Part shown: positions 1 through 13,507 of the stretch, one piece after another | How the letters are laid out: each line of letters starts with the position of its first letter | Numbering within the stretch: the stretch's first letter is position 1 | NCBI GenBank assembly: GCA_030704615.1 | Contig: CM060732.1 | Coordinates: forward strand, 5,270,001-5,334,000 | DNA: 64,000 nt | Direction: 5' to 3' | DNA from: Takakia lepidozioides | Taxonomy: Eukaryota; Plantae; Bryophyta | The notes under the pieces: model-generated | The model's input: the letters and a program-made list of their open reading frames with translations, nothing else | What the model was told of the DNA's origin: nothing | The model's database searches: none | Position numbers and translations under genes: made by a program

Positions 1-17
1 TTTCAATCTGTCTAAGG

Positions 18-3000
18 AGGAGGTTTTCTGCCATTTGGTGCAAGCTCTTCTTCGTGCCAAAACACCTGTGTTTGGCAGGTAATTCTCTTGAGGGACCCGA
101 CTGATGACACTTGCCTCATAACAGACCTTCCTAAATTGAGCACCAGGCTGAAGTTTAACCTATAGGGTAGTGTGTGCCTAAAGTGTATCAATCAAACTCT
201 GCAAAAGGGAGCTTATGCTCCAGATTAATGGGCAGGAACCGGGATGCATACAACTTTGGACTGCTCACAATAATCATCAGTACTGAGAGCAATAAGTAAT
301 TGTTCTTGTAAGCACTTGAAAGAATGTCAATGCACCTCTTTTTGTCAGTTTGACAGGGTTGGACAATTACTACTTCTGTGTCCATGATTTTGGGTTGGGC
401 AGTAGCCAAATTTGTTATGGAGAACATACCGCTCACAACTCCCCGTGACTTCATACCCTTTCCTGCCCTGTCCAGAGCAAGGCTGGGGCCTTTGGCCACA
501 AGACAAAACAGGCTAAGTCTAATACAGTATCCTCACCTGTTCGTCGAACTTAGCAACTAAAGTCAGAGGGTACACAGTGCCTGCGGTCTTTATTCGAGTA
601 AATCTTTATGGAATGTCAAGATGCTTGGGTGGAAATTTTGGCGCCTCTCGATGGTAGAGCAGTTTAAATATACCTGGGCCTTCCTCATGAGGGTGTCTAT
701 TTTTACTTACCTCCACATTTTTTCTACAATGCTTGTGGTGAATACATTCTGGAAATCATGTATGAAGTGTCTGTTTCTCTCAAAGAAGATCAGATGTAGA
801 AGCCAAGTGATCAAAGGGTGGAGGTTTTCTATGCAGTTGGCTTAATATTGCTCTCTTGATTGGCAGGATCCTAGAGATTGTTGCATACTTAACAAAGGCA
901 AACAGGATTGCCATGGCACACCTGTATAAACTTGGGGCATTTGAAATTCTTCTTTGGAAGCTTCTTTCTGGTGATGTTGTGGATTGGGATAAAACCATGG
1001 TTGCCAAGTTCCTTTCACAGTCCCACCTTCTGCAGGTCTCTTTCCCTCTCTTGCGCTCTCTTTCAATCTAAATTTTGGGGGTGTTTTTCTAATGTTATGG
1101 TTATGGGCTTAATGTTTACAAAGGGATATCCTACTAGTAGAGCTCCATCAAGTGGCAGCAGTGGTTCCACTTCTACTCTCATCCCTACAACCTTGCCACC
1201 TCCTCCCTCCCCTTCTCACTCCATTCAAATCAGGGAACAGGTTCTATAACAATAACTGCAGGCAAAGGTTAGTATTTAGCATGCTCTCTCCACCCATGCT
1301 CACCCAGCTGTCAAATTGCTTAAAGTAGCAACCACATTAGATCCTCTGTCTAGAGATTACAATGTTCTTTTTGCTGGCAGGATCCAGACTCAATGTCCAC
1401 GCGTCACCAGAGTGATCAGAGTGAGCAACATGCACCCTGGTGGGACAGTGCTCTCCATCTGTATTTACCTGAAGGGTTGATTATGAAGCTTATGTCTGAG
1501 GTATTTGCTGATGGCTATCCTTGGACTCAGTTCCGATTGCACATTCCTCTTTTCTAAAGGCTGAAGTGTGATCTGTGTGTGTCCTCCCCTAGTTTGGTTT
1601 CTCAAAAAAATATGCCAAATGCTCAGCAGATTGGTGGTAGATCGCAGTGTTATAGACTAATGCAACACATTCTGCATTTCACATATGTTGCCCTCTTTTC
1701 TAAGATTCTGTCAATTGTTTGAGCAGGGTCCGGAATCGTTTATGGGACTTTTAGATTCAGAGCAAGATGCACCTGAGGTGATATGGAACATGGAAATGCG
1801 ACAACGTTTACTGGATCATCTCAGCAGTGAGCTGGAGCCTTACGTGAAATTCCGTGCTACCGATCCCTTGGCCCTATATATTCACATTCCTAGGACTCCC
1901 TTGGCCTATCCAGAGCTGGCGGGTAAGCTCATAGGAAACCCACCATCCTCCTAAACATACATGTGAGGCCCTCTGGACAACCATTGCCAGAGGCTTTTGT
2001 CATTGCCTTGCTACCCTATGGAATGCATTCAAGATGATTCGGCTCCAAAGTGAATTTTATTATTTTTATGGTTGTAAGTTAAGGAATTCAATGACTGTGT
2101 GGGTTCATTTCTGGTGCACCCTTATTGGGCATCATTTCTCCCAAAAAAACTAGATTGCCATGTGAGGTAGGGTTCACCCTTATCCCTGCCTCAAAAAAAC
2201 CATGAAATGGACCCTCAATGCCATTGTTCGATCGGCTCCTCTTCAAGGGAGTCAATTGCTTTGCAGTTAAGAAACAAGGGTTGAGGGCCCTTTAGTATGA
2301 GAAGGTGATATTTGCTTTGGCAGACCCAATCTACTAGATAACTTACGGGCTGTATAAATAATTTGGAGAGAAACAATTACACTGATTTCCTTCAGATACG
2401 CAGTAATTTGCTCCTAACACAGGGTCAATTTGCTATGAGGGACCAGTTGTTGTGCACCTCTGAGATCCCTTATGTGCCATCATTCTTGTAGGGAAAAATT
2501 GGCTGTCATGTAGCTTAGAGCTTGTAGAGTAGGTCTGCCATAAATATCACTCATACGCATAGGCTTTTTGCACCTTAGTTGTGCAGAAGTAGGGTCCCTT
2601 ACCCTACGTATATGTATGTTCAATCACCTTCCATGTAAGTGCTGGATTTTCCTGAGGCATATTGCACATTAGTCATCCGAACAAAGGCACAATGTGAGCT
2701 CTGACATGGAGGAACATGTTCACAATGGGTGATGCAGAGTCTGTCTTTTCGGCCCCTTTCTATCTACAAAACCTTCTTGACAATGAGCGCTTTCCAAACT
2801 ATCAGATCAATGATCCAGTCGGATTTTTGACTAGCCTTATGGTGGTGAGCTGGATCTACTCATCATGTCACTGCTAAGTAGTCTTCCTGCATTTGGAAAT
2901 TTTCCACCACTTCGAAGATAGCAAAGGGTCTTATTTGAGCTTTAGTTCTCTTCTGTGGTACACATTACACTGGAAGTGTTGGGAACTGGAAGCTGAGGTC

Positions 3001-6000
3001 AGTCAGTTCGTGATACTAGTGTCAGTTCTTGAGCATTTTCACTGTGGCAGGGAGGTGTGTAGCTCATTTTACAATAGGGTCTCCAACAACTTCAAAATGA
3101 CGTGATGATGATCTACATGGAAGTGCAGGAGTTACGGAAATCGTCAACAATATTGACCAACTCTTTGACAGGGAACTCTTCATGGCGCAAGGAATTACCA
3201 CGCACTCACCTTCTCCTTCATGCCCAGGTCTTATTATTATCATATCTAATCTTTCTTCTTGAGATATGTAATTTGACCCATTGAGGGTCAATGAGCATTG
3301 CTGCACAGCAATTTGAAGCATCATCTATTGAGCCAATAGATATCAGGTCAGTTGTTTGGGCCCTGCAAGGTCTTGAAGAGATGATTTCCTTGTGAGTAGC
3401 CTCCAGCCAGGGTTGGTTTTCTGGCCAATCTTGTGAACACTGCCAGCACTTCTGGCAGGTCTGAGGGGATATCATACCAGCGAATGTCCACAGAGCTCGA
3501 ATTTACTTGGTATAATTGCAGGAGTTCCTTTATTGAAATGGTTAATGCTATGTAGTTTTTCTAAGTTTTAGAAATTGTCTGCTGCAAGAATATATACGAA
3601 TTGTGTACAGACAGCCAATTATTTACTTGTAGAGCTTCTGCTGCCTTTATGAACCTGTTGTGATTGGTAACCTACACCTTTTGTTGTTCCTCACAATCTC
3701 TTTCCTTCTTTCTTACTACCCTCAACCTGAGGCACCAAGAAAATGCTTATTTTTTTCAGGCACATCTACTTGATAGTTTCCCACAGTTGTTGCTGTCCAG
3801 CGATGTGGAATCTGTGGTCATAATGCTGGCCGGTCCTTCTCTTCGGACATGTATTGCTCAAAAGGACGAATCAACTCTGGTTGCCACAGACATTTTGAAC
3901 CACGCAGCTCGAATCTTGCGGAGGTTCTGCGGGGCATACACAAGGTAAGCGGCCTATGCATGTGTGCAGGCTTCTGGGTCTGTGATTCGTCGTAGCCCAA
4001 GGACGTGACAGTGTATTTATGTGCTGTTATGGACGCAACTATTGAAGCTAGATGTACATTGCTAAGGTGCCATTCACACCAAGAGTTATCTAAATATAAT
4101 TGGATATTATATTTATCTACTGTTCACACGAGAGGCTTTTTCAATGTATCCATGCCACATGTAAATAACCACATGTGTTTAACTTATAGAATTCCCTATG
4201 TGTCTGGAGTGTTAATTACATGGTACCCTAGAGGTGGTTTCGCTAACATAACACATAAATTCAAATTTCAAATTCACCACTAATTGTCTGTAATTGTATT
4301 TTTGTTACATGATATTTGTTATATAACAATTCTTTACCACATCTTCAAGAAGTTTAGCTCTAGTGCTATGACTCCTTTAGTTGAAGAGTCTTGTTTTGAA
4401 AGGTCTTTATGCCTCTTGCCCATCAGTTTCAAGATCAGACAACCCTTCAAACTGTGCTCTTTGATATGTAAAGGACCTCCTGAGCACTGTCATTTCATTG
4501 AAAGATCCTGGTAGGCCAATACAAACATCCAAGAATTGGCTCTCCAGTCTACAATGGCTGGTAACTGAATTGAATGGTCTTTGTTGTTGTTGAAATAGTC
4601 TATAGCAAAAGCACCATTGGGCTTCTCAATCTTTATGTGGGTGCTATCGATGATGGCACTGACTAGACTAGACAATCCAATTAACTGGTTGAAGCCAGCC
4701 ATCACCATTCTTTTCTGTACACCGCCAGCCAACATATTGTAGTCTTGAAAACTTTTCAGACTGCAGAAACTACTTTTCATATGCCAGTGTGAGCAGAGAC
4801 AACAAACATACCTATTGTGTCAAGTAGATACTTCATGTGTTAAAACTTATTCTTCTTTAAGTTAGATTATGGCTAAATAGCAACTGCGGGATACACTGTT
4901 GTGAATGGTAGGTAACAACGATATGTATCTGAAATTTATGCGTTGTAGTTCTGCTTCATATATTATCACTATCAAGTGTCCCCACTCGCAGTTGTTTCTC
5001 ACGAGTGTTCCATAGGAATCTAGTACCTGGAAAGGTCACAATAGTTAGTATAGTCCTCTCACTCTGTATGAGTGCATGAGTGGGCTGGTGATGGATTTGC
5101 AAAGACCTGCTTATTCACTTGACGATATCATTGTTGAAAGCAATGTCCTTTTTACTGCAGGGATGACAATGTATCAGAGGCCTCTGTGACTTTTTCATTG
5201 AGTGTACTGTCACTGGGCACAAGGTTGAAAACAGATGGAAGCTTCCCAGAAGCAAGTAGTAACACGAGTCTTGAATCAGCTGTGGCTGGGTCTCTGTTAG
5301 TGCTGGAAATTATCTCTTCGTCCAGGTTAGACTCCCATCATGTGTAGATGAAAGACTTCAGTTGTGCTATCCCTTGCATTGCATTTTCCACAACCCTTCC
5401 ACCTTGTTCATACTCATGTTCTTTCTCTTTGAGAGTTGATTCATATATATATACAGATAAACAGATTTAAATACATATATATGTATAAAACCTAGTCTTG
5501 TAACCAGGGCTTTTACATGTTGTTGGTCTGACTGGCACTTGCTTCTCTAAACAAAGTAAAGGGAAATGAAGCCTGAGAAGCCAGATCAGCAAGGCAACTA
5601 ACTATTACGATCCCTCACATGTTTTTTTCACGGCCAAAATGTTTAATAATGAATCCTTTGGGGTCTCCAGAGCTGGGAGGCAGCTTCTTCGGGATGATAT
5701 CAGGTGGAGGAAAGGGTTTTGGTGGGCACTCTGCTCTGCTGCGGGGGATGTGGTAGCCAATCCTGTGAGGGGCCCTAGCCCGGCATCATTTGCAGCATTG
5801 AGCTGTCTGAAGCATTGGGTTGAAGATGAGGATTATTGCGAACTCGTGATCAGGGAGGTTTGCATCTCAACTCTGCATCTATTTTCTGTCTCCAGATTTT
5901 ATGTAGTCCCCTTTCATTGCTCTCCCTCCATCTAGCTTACTGAGCAGAGGTCATTAGGAATGAACAGCAGAAACAGCGCGTCAATCAACTAGAGCCCTCT

Positions 6001-9000
6001 GCTTGTCTGGGTGAAATCATGCTGATTGAGTTATCTGCATGAACTGGAGTCCAAAGCTGAAATCTCTGACTGGCAGTGGAGTGGGATCCATTGCAGGCTC
6101 TCTATCTGCCATTACTGCTACTAGCAATCTCATCAGCTGATGCTGCTGTTAAGGCCCAAGACACCAAGTCTGCTCTGCTTTACTCAGCTGCCGATGTGTT
6201 AGGATCCCTAGTGCGCGCGTTGAAACGGTCAAGCAACCCAAGTCCCAGTCCACAGCAGCAGTTGGAGCATACAATGATGAGCCATTTGATACCTGGCCCA
6301 ATTTTGGCTTGCCTGGAACAAATCGATGGACCAGACAAGTTCATGACGATGGCTGGGTCAGATCTGGAACAGCCCATAGCAATTTGGACGGCTGATGTAC
6401 GAACAGAGCTTCGTAGGCGGGTAGTTGAGCGGGTGCAGGAGCACCATGCTATGCTGGCCACCGGGAGTCCTGCAATTGAAGATGAACTGGATTGGTTGCA
6501 GGGCTTCCAATATAAGTGTCTAGAAGGACAGATTGTGGTGGGTGGCATGTTTATGAAGGGTCTTGCCTCAGGCCAATTGGAGGGTTTTGGTCTCCCAGCT
6601 GGCCACGCATTTCTGGATGCCATGCTGGACTATCTAGAGACTAAGCACGAGGTAGTTAGTGCATTGCCCAACCCTGCAGTTGGAGAAGAAACTGAGGAAG
6701 TTGATGAAAGTGAACAAAAAACCAAGCAAACAGACTCTGGCAAAGATGCTGCAGTCGATGAGTATTTTGTTGTTCTGGCTGCATTAAGAGAATGTTTGAA
6801 GTATGCACTGAAAGTTGACAGGCCGGAACTAATAATGTCTTTTCGGCCTTCAGTCCTTGCTGAGATTGCATTGACAGGACAAATCAAGCCCCAAGTACAG
6901 GTAGAGATCACCTCTGTTGTGATCGTCCTCGCTGAGAATGAATTGGCAACACAGGCAATGCTGCACTCAGATTTGATGGGAGCTTTGGCAGTTCAGCTTT
7001 TTGAAGCTGCAATGAGAATTCAGGAGGAAGGAATGGAGGAGGTACTCACAGCCACCCTTCGCGCATTACGCCTTCTAAGCGAGCAAATTCCAGCAACTGT
7101 AGCAGCCACGAATCTCTTTGCTGGGGCCGCTTTGTTGCCTTTGTTGTGCATCTTCTGCAATGTGGATCTTCCAGGCATGTGGAGTGAGACAACTGTGGAG
7201 ACAGGGCATGCAGACCCTCAAACTATTTCTGCAGTTGAGAGGGTGATTGCAGCTCAGACACTTGGGCAGCTCCTATTAGCTGCCAGTGGAGTTAGTCGCC
7301 GTACCAAGCTTCTTGAAGATCTGGCTCAGCAGAAGACTTTGGCAAATGGGTCTGCAAATGGCCACTCTATTTTCAATGACGGGATTGGAGAGGCTACTGA
7401 TATGTACGAGCTGATGAGTATGCTTGAGCCTGGAAGTGGGGACACCAACCAGGCGGAGCCAGTTGTCATCCAAACACTGCTGCAGCTGTTGCCTGTGGAC
7501 CTCTTGTCCACATTGGCACGAGACCCCTCAGAGGCCTGCAAGTTGTATGATGGAGATTCCCGTTCTCCCCGGCTCGTGTGGGATGAAGCCACCCGGCACG
7601 GTGTAAATCAAACACTCACCAAGGAAGCAACCAAACTGCAAGATGTTGCAAAGCATAGGGACTTGTCACGATTTCCAGCATGGTCTTTGGTGCATGACCG
7701 GGCTGTTTTCTTACGTCATATACTTGCCACCGTCTCAGAGAGTGAGAGCAAGTCTTTGTACGACGAAGAAGATAATGGGTATGCTCAGGAGCTGTATCTA
7801 GGTGGGTTCTTTGTGGATCAATTTATAAGGGACCCTGGGTACGACTTTGGCAGTATTCTTGAGGGGCGTTTTCTTCGCGAGATACGGAAGGCAGTGGTGA
7901 TTGGGGCCTATGCGAAAGAGTTCAACTTCGATGACCGAAGGCGGCTGTTACTGGCATTACTATTGCTCTTCAAAGCGCGCCCATATTTGTTATCAGGGCA
8001 ATCAAATATTGACATTTTTTTACCAGTGTATGATTTCTTAAGTACAAGTAATGGGAGTGAGAAACGTGGTCTTGCTCAGCCTGCTATGCTTCTGATCCAT
8101 TGTGTAGCCAACCATCCTGACATTGTTGATTGTATAGTTTCCGAAGAGTTAGTTAAAACGTTGGTATCCTTTCTTGGCTTGAAGGTCCCACCCTTGGATG
8201 CAGGTAATGCAGGCACAGACCCCCGATTATGCAGCCTTATGTTACTGCTTAGGCTGATGAAACTCAGTGGTGCAACTGTTGAAATTACTTTGAAGTTAGG
8301 TGCTGTCTCCAGAATAGCAGACATGATGTTAGATATAGATGGATCTGCTGTAGTATCACAGCGGGCGCTTGAATGCCTGGCAGTGATGTGTGTCGACAAG
8401 CGCAGGGGTCAGGAAGTAAGCAGGCTACTGGAAAAACTTGTGCCAGAGAACAGTAAGAAGTATGGAACATGGAACATTGCTTTAGACAATATCCGTGATG
8501 AGGTGGTAGACTCTGAGACACTTGAGCACTTTCTGCAACATCGTTTTCCCTGCAACTGGTGGGTTCTTGACACTCCAGAAGGGATCAGTGTGAATGATTT
8601 TGAAGCCTTGAGGCCAGTCACAATCGTTAATGCCTCGGTGGCGTTTCCAAAGGCACAGATCTCTGACTTCAATGCCGATGCGGAAGGCTTGTTCAAGCAG
8701 AGTGTGGCTGAAACAGCAGAGGTGGATATGAAGGATGTGCATATAGTGAGGACACGTGCGGGCAGTGTGATTGTTGACTTTGAGGTCCACTTTCAGCTGC
8801 CATTTAGCCAAGAGGCTTCAAAGGGCAACCAGCCTCGGGAGCCTGAGACAGAGGCTCATGCCTTCAAAGAGAAGCTGGAAGCTGAGAGCAAAAACCTCTT
8901 TGGTGGTCAATTGTTTGAGTACATGGGCTCCCTAAGAGTCACAGCAGTTGCACTCAGACGTGTTTCTCAAGCAGATCTATCCCAAGAGAAGAGTTGGAAA

Positions 9001-9937
9001 AATGGAAGTCGGTCAGCTTCACTTGACCTGGACTATGCATCAACCATGAGTGCGACAGTTTGTTTGGGTGGAGTGGAGGACACATCATCCCCCATACAAA
9101 GGCGCTCAGAAGAAGACACCAGGATGATATATGTTCAAGGGTTGCAGACACCCAAGGAGCTTCTGGGACCCTTAGACGTGGAACCGGGAAAGCATCCTGA
9201 TTTTCCGGTACAGCAACAGCCCCAAGACCCTCAGGAGCTGCAGCCTGTTGCACTTGGCAGCAACAACTGGCAACCTGAGTTTGCAGTGGAAGCCTCAAGC
9301 GTAATCCATATGCCTATATACACAGATAAACTCTCCCTAATCTCCTCGAGGAATCCCGCTTGTGGAACTCCTCATGATCCCATCTGTGTCTCTTTAGCCT
9401 TTGTAGCTTCTTTGCCCTCCACTGTCACCAGCTCTCCTTCTCTGGGCACCCAATCTTCATCAACAGAGGGTTCCCTTTCTTCTCTCCCATCTCCCTCCCC
9501 TTCTCATCCTGCTTCAAGTACAAGGCCTCCCCTCTTGCCTACATTCATTACTCCTCCCCCTCCTTCCCTCCAGCCTGACTCAACTTCCTCCCTTGGCAAA
9601 TCCCGGAGGACAATTCATCCTCCTCTGCCAGCTGCCTCCCCCCCAAGTTTGACTGAGAGTATACCAGGACCTGCTTCAGGAGCTCCTTGTCCCTCCCCTT
9701 CCCCTACAAAGAAAGGCAGGCTTACCAGTGGCCCGACCCCTCCCCCTTTTGGAAATGGACCTGTCAAAGGGGGCCATTCTCCCTCTTGCCCTCCACTGTC
9801 TTTGTCTTCATCAGGAACCCCGAAACCGCCGCTGCTTTCACCCTCTCAAAGGGTACCAGGGCAAACCCCAACAACAGCTGGTCATTCACCCTCTGTGGAA
9901 GATGCTAACCCTCCGACCCCTAAGCCTGCACTTGTTG
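18..9937 (+). CDS. RME-8/GRV2(DNAJC13)-like large helical-repeat protein, multi-exon; 5' end lies outside the window
   Basis: GT-AG exons at about 18-78, 867-1035, 1381-1500, 1727-1922, 2739-2843, 3078-3227, 3760-3944, 5161-5326, 5671-5857 and a very long exon 6076-9937. The spliced peptide (LYLPEGLIMKLMSE-GPESFMGLLDSEQDAPEVIWNMEMRQRL...AYPELA-ESVFSAPFYLQNLLDNERFPNYQINDPVGFLTSL) follows the RME-8/GRV2 IWN-repeat region. Further IWN-like repeats are PIAIWTADVR and PRLVWDEATR. Exon boundaries are approximate. Confidence 0.7.
4300..4800 (-). mobile_element. PIF/Harbinger DDE transposase remnant in an intron
   Basis: AIIDSTHIKIEKP...DYFNNNKDHSIQLPAIVD matches the DDE_Tnp_4 pattern (IDGTH.I..P...Y.N.K..HS...QA+VD); degenerate. 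Confidence 0.75.
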
Positions 9938-10308
9938 GTGAGTACTGGCTCCACCAGTCAAAATCTTCATTCCAAATTGCTGAATGAGGTACCATCATAA
10001 ACAGCAAGCAAGCATTTCCATCTTTTGGGTGTTGGTTTTTGGTCAAGTAAGCATGCAGTCTTTTGTCCGAATAACTGACATTGTGAGGATTTGTTTGTGG
10101 AAAGAGTAGGGTAGGGAAGTGCTTGAGGGTGAAGGCTTCACTGCTCACTGCTTATATCTACGTGGTTCTTTGTAAAAGAGTTCCTCTGTCTTCAAAACAT
10201 GTATTACCAGCCGTCGGAGCTGAAGTATCGTTTTCACTGTTACAATGTTGTGTTTTGCATTGCTGCTGTGTTCTTGATGTCTCTAATCCCCTCCTGTTAT
10301 GTACGCAG

Positions 10309-12708
10309 ACAACCTAGGGCTGAAGTCTGAGGATGGAAGGTAAAGAGATTTATTTTGGAAAGTCATGCTTTTGGATTGGGCATGTGACAGTTGACAACTT
10401 CAGTTGTCTGAATTCTGATGAGTTCCAATGGTCCTAGGTAGAACAGTCTCTCCAAGTTGGAACGAGATTTCATTTCTTGTTTGGGAGTAGTAAACAAGAC
10501 AGTGGCAGCTGAGAGGCTCGGTCGTGGGAGAGTGCCCATCCTGATGGGCATTAAGTGTGAAATTGTGCAAGCCAACCTGCCTGGGATATGTGAATAAGGA
10601 TTGGAATTACATGACTTAGTTTGTAGATACTGTAGCTGTGACCAGGCCTCAAATCAGTATCACTTTCAATGGAACCTAACCAACCTATATCGCAGTCCGT
10701 CCTGTTAAATGTCAATACATTGATTCATGTTTAAGTAAAACTCCTAGTTTCCAGCTCATCAGTGGTGCTCCTTGTGTGGACAGACTGGCTTCTTTGGAGA
10801 GAAGTCTAACCATTGTCCTAGAAGGCACTAATATTATGGAGGCCAACAGAGGTGTTGCAGTGACCAACTTCCTGGAAACACTTTATGAAGGTAAGGACTT
10901 AAATTTAGCTTCCACATGGACCATTTTTGGTTGTGCAATGGCTAGTTTAGCCTCTGCGGTGGAACTAGTGAGATTGACAAGAGAAAGGGAGAGGCACTGA
11001 AGGAGCATGACCAACTAGAGCTGAACCAGGTTCTTGATAACCAGCACCTATATTGGCCTTGATCTCTGGGACTACGTCGCGGGGCATAGTTGCAGAGAAA
11101 CACCGGCCATAAACCTGGTGTTGAAGGTGTCAAGGCTACAGCCCTTGCAGTGCATCTGAGCAGCTAGCTCAGTGGTAGAGCACCCCACGGGGATGGGGGA
11201 GGTCCTAGGTTCAATCCCTAGCCCGACCATACACCAACGGTTTTCTGACATGGTATCAGAGCCAAGGTTGTGGCGGTGGTCAGAAATGGGTGGGCATTAG
11301 CAATAAGGGCTATGCCTTGAGGGGGAGTGTTGAAGGTGTCAAGGCTATAGCCCTTGCACTGCACTCTGAGAACGAAATAGGACAGGTAGCTCAGTGGTAG
11401 AGCATCCCATCGAGATGGGGGAGGTCCTAGGTTCAATCCCAAGCCCGACCACATGCCAACAGTTTTCTGACACCTGGTACATTGTAAATGGGTTCAAAAT
11501 GAAAACAATTTTTCTTTCTACTTCACTACTTCAGTAGTGTCTTTGTCCGAAAGGGTTTGCACCAACGTGGTCTAGTTCGTCCCTCTTATCCCCTTCTTGC
11601 TCTTACAATGGGTGCTTGTGGATGTTGGTATCCAAAGCTGGTATCCAAAGCTGGTACAGAAATATGCACTGCAGCCACAGCTACGTTATGAGTTGATGTG
11701 TGCATGGGAAGAGAACTGTCTCGACCTCTTGCTGACAGATGAGCTGGTTTGTATAAATTACATCAGTGCACTCACATAATTTATCTATCTTTGGTGAGCT
11801 TGACGGTATGAACTACACTACATGTTGCACTTCAAAATGGTTTTAGCTGGCAAGTTTGCTGCTGCTGCTCTTATATTGGTGCCTGAAGCATTGTGGCAGT
11901 CACTGGCTCCTAACCAGAGTGTTGAGATGATGCAGGTGAAGCATGTGCAATCAATTGCAGCTTTCAATATGTTTCAACTGGATGATCCGCAAGCAGCAGC
12001 TGTTGAAGCCAAGAAGAAGTTTCAGGCCATCCTTAAGACCCACAAGTGAGTTGTCTAGGACAACTGTGACTCTAACATTGATTGTCAGAACAATCCTGTA
12101 GTGGTTTGTGTTTACGGATAGCTTGACCAAAATCAGTCCTCAATCCCTCTCTCCCCTTTGTTTTTCATCTAAGGCGTCAAGAAAGTAGGAGCTTGCAGAG
12201 CTCAACATGTGGGTCTGAAACTATTTTATTGGTGCATTATGAATTGCCGAGATAAGGAATTTAAGGAGAAGTCCAAGCAGCTCAAGGGGGGCATGTCTGC
12301 TGAGCTTGCTAAGGCTGTAGGTGGAAGAAAGGTACTGGTGGTGTGCAGTTGTGTACGACACGTCTGCTTTGATGGCTGATCGTGTGCCCATCTATCATCT
12401 TATCATCAGTATGTGAATTTGGCAATGACTGACTTTCCCCAAAATTTCCAGCGTTTTGGTAGTCAGATTTCCTTATAACATCATTCAGGCTCCGGTTGCA
12501 GAAATGGAGAGCTTGTCTCAAGTGGTGAATGAAGGACAATGCAACATTAGCAATATATTATGTGTTTAATTGGGTGGATTCAATGGAGCTTTATTGTGGA
12601 GTTGAATCTGATGGTGCTGCTGGCATGCAGGAGAAATTGACCCGGGAATCAGCTCCACCTGAGCTGAAGGGCATGTCCAAAGTCAAGGTCCAGAAGAAGG
12701 CCCAGTGA
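10309..12708 (+). CDS. Probable short 3' exons of the same gene, or of a separate downstream gene
   Basis: GT donor at 9938; AG/GT-bounded open segments near 10309-10339, 10440-10563, 10756-10889, 11848-12046 and 12631-12708 (ending AAGGCCCAGTGA). Frame continuity was not fully verified. Confidence 0.4.
11158..11229 (+). ncRNA. tRNA-like cloverleaf (Pol III A/B boxes) inside TRIM LTR1
   Basis: D arm TAGCTCAGTGGTAGAGC, stem CCCCA/TGGGG with a 6-nt loop, variable loop GAGGTC, T arm CTAGG-TTCAATC-CCTAG, 3' end CCCGACCA; acceptor stem mismatched. Confidence 0.8.
11380..11451 (+). ncRNA. tRNA-like cloverleaf inside TRIM LTR2
   Basis: GGACAGG-TAGCTCAGTGGTAGAGC-ATCCCATCGAGATGGGG-GAGGTC-CTAGGTTCAATCCCAAG-CCCGACCA. 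Confidence 0.8.
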
Positions 12709-13507
12709 GACTTATAGTGTCATCCTTTCTGATACCCGTCCATCTTTCTCAAGTTTTGGCCAGAGTATCACCATTTTCATCCATGCTCTCTTAGTTACCC
12801 CTCCTTATTAACCCTTGTCATAGATAAGGTGGTCCCATTTTGTCAGTTTTTTAGGAGAAAATGCCTGCTTCCTAACTCTTATGCCCAGGTAATCAGATCA
12901 GGCTGTTGTAGAGATCAGTAATTGTCACGTCACCCTTGTAAAAGAGAATTTTGGCAAGAGATCGTCGCCTGGGGATTATGAGCAGTGGAAGTAGAGGGAG
13001 CAAGACAAAAAGGGGAGAACTGCAGAGCTTTTAGAATATTAGGATGTCTTTTCTATCCACTTGCATCTCCACCAGCATCTCCTGTATGGTTCCCATTCTT
13101 TCAGGACAAAAATTTCACAATTTGGAGCTTGTGAAATGAGTGAGCTCCGTCAGTCAGTGCCGAGTTTGCACATGTCTCAGATGAAATTTGTGGATCCATT
13201 TGTGTGAGTAGAAAAGCACGTTTCTGCACCCTGAATCACAATTGCACTAGTCAGTTGATACAGCTGCCATTGAAAGAAACTTTAGGGTGTGAACTTTGAT
13301 ATCTGGATTTTAGGCCATATGGTGGTGGTGTCAGCTTTATCAAGTACTTAATATTGGGCTTCAATGTAAAGTGGCACTAAACGTGACAAGCTTTTAGATA
13401 GATCTGCTCAAAGTGGAATGCCCTTCAGATTCAGGTTGGCCCAACAACCTCATAAAATATATGAAATTTGCCAATAATGTGTTTTTGCTCACCTCCCTGT
13501 GAAGCCT

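Larger units (their letters stand above)
11119..11472 (+). mobile_element. Complete TRIM (miniature LTR retrotransposon) with tRNA-derived LTRs, Helenus-like
   Basis: LTR1 11119-11250 and LTR2 11328-11472 (TG...CA). PBS TGGTATCAGAGCC at 11251-11263 (tRNA-iMet type), PPT GAGGGGGAG at 11319-11327, and a 5-bp TSD CCTGG at 11114-11118 and 11473-11477. Confidence 0.95.

Noticed and set aside
6076-9987. Stand-alone 1303-aa gene
   Set aside because: The ORF-track start is a GTG at a splice acceptor, upstream exons continue the same protein family, and a GT donor at 9938 precedes the stop.
11158-11451. Two functional tRNA genes
   Set aside because: The anticodon loops are not canonical 7-nt loops, the acceptor stems are mismatched, and both lie inside TSD-flanked LTRs.
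11627-11653. 13-bp tandem duplication possibly frameshifting a 3' exon
   Set aside because: The exon boundary and frame here cannot be fixed from sequence alone, so no claim is made.
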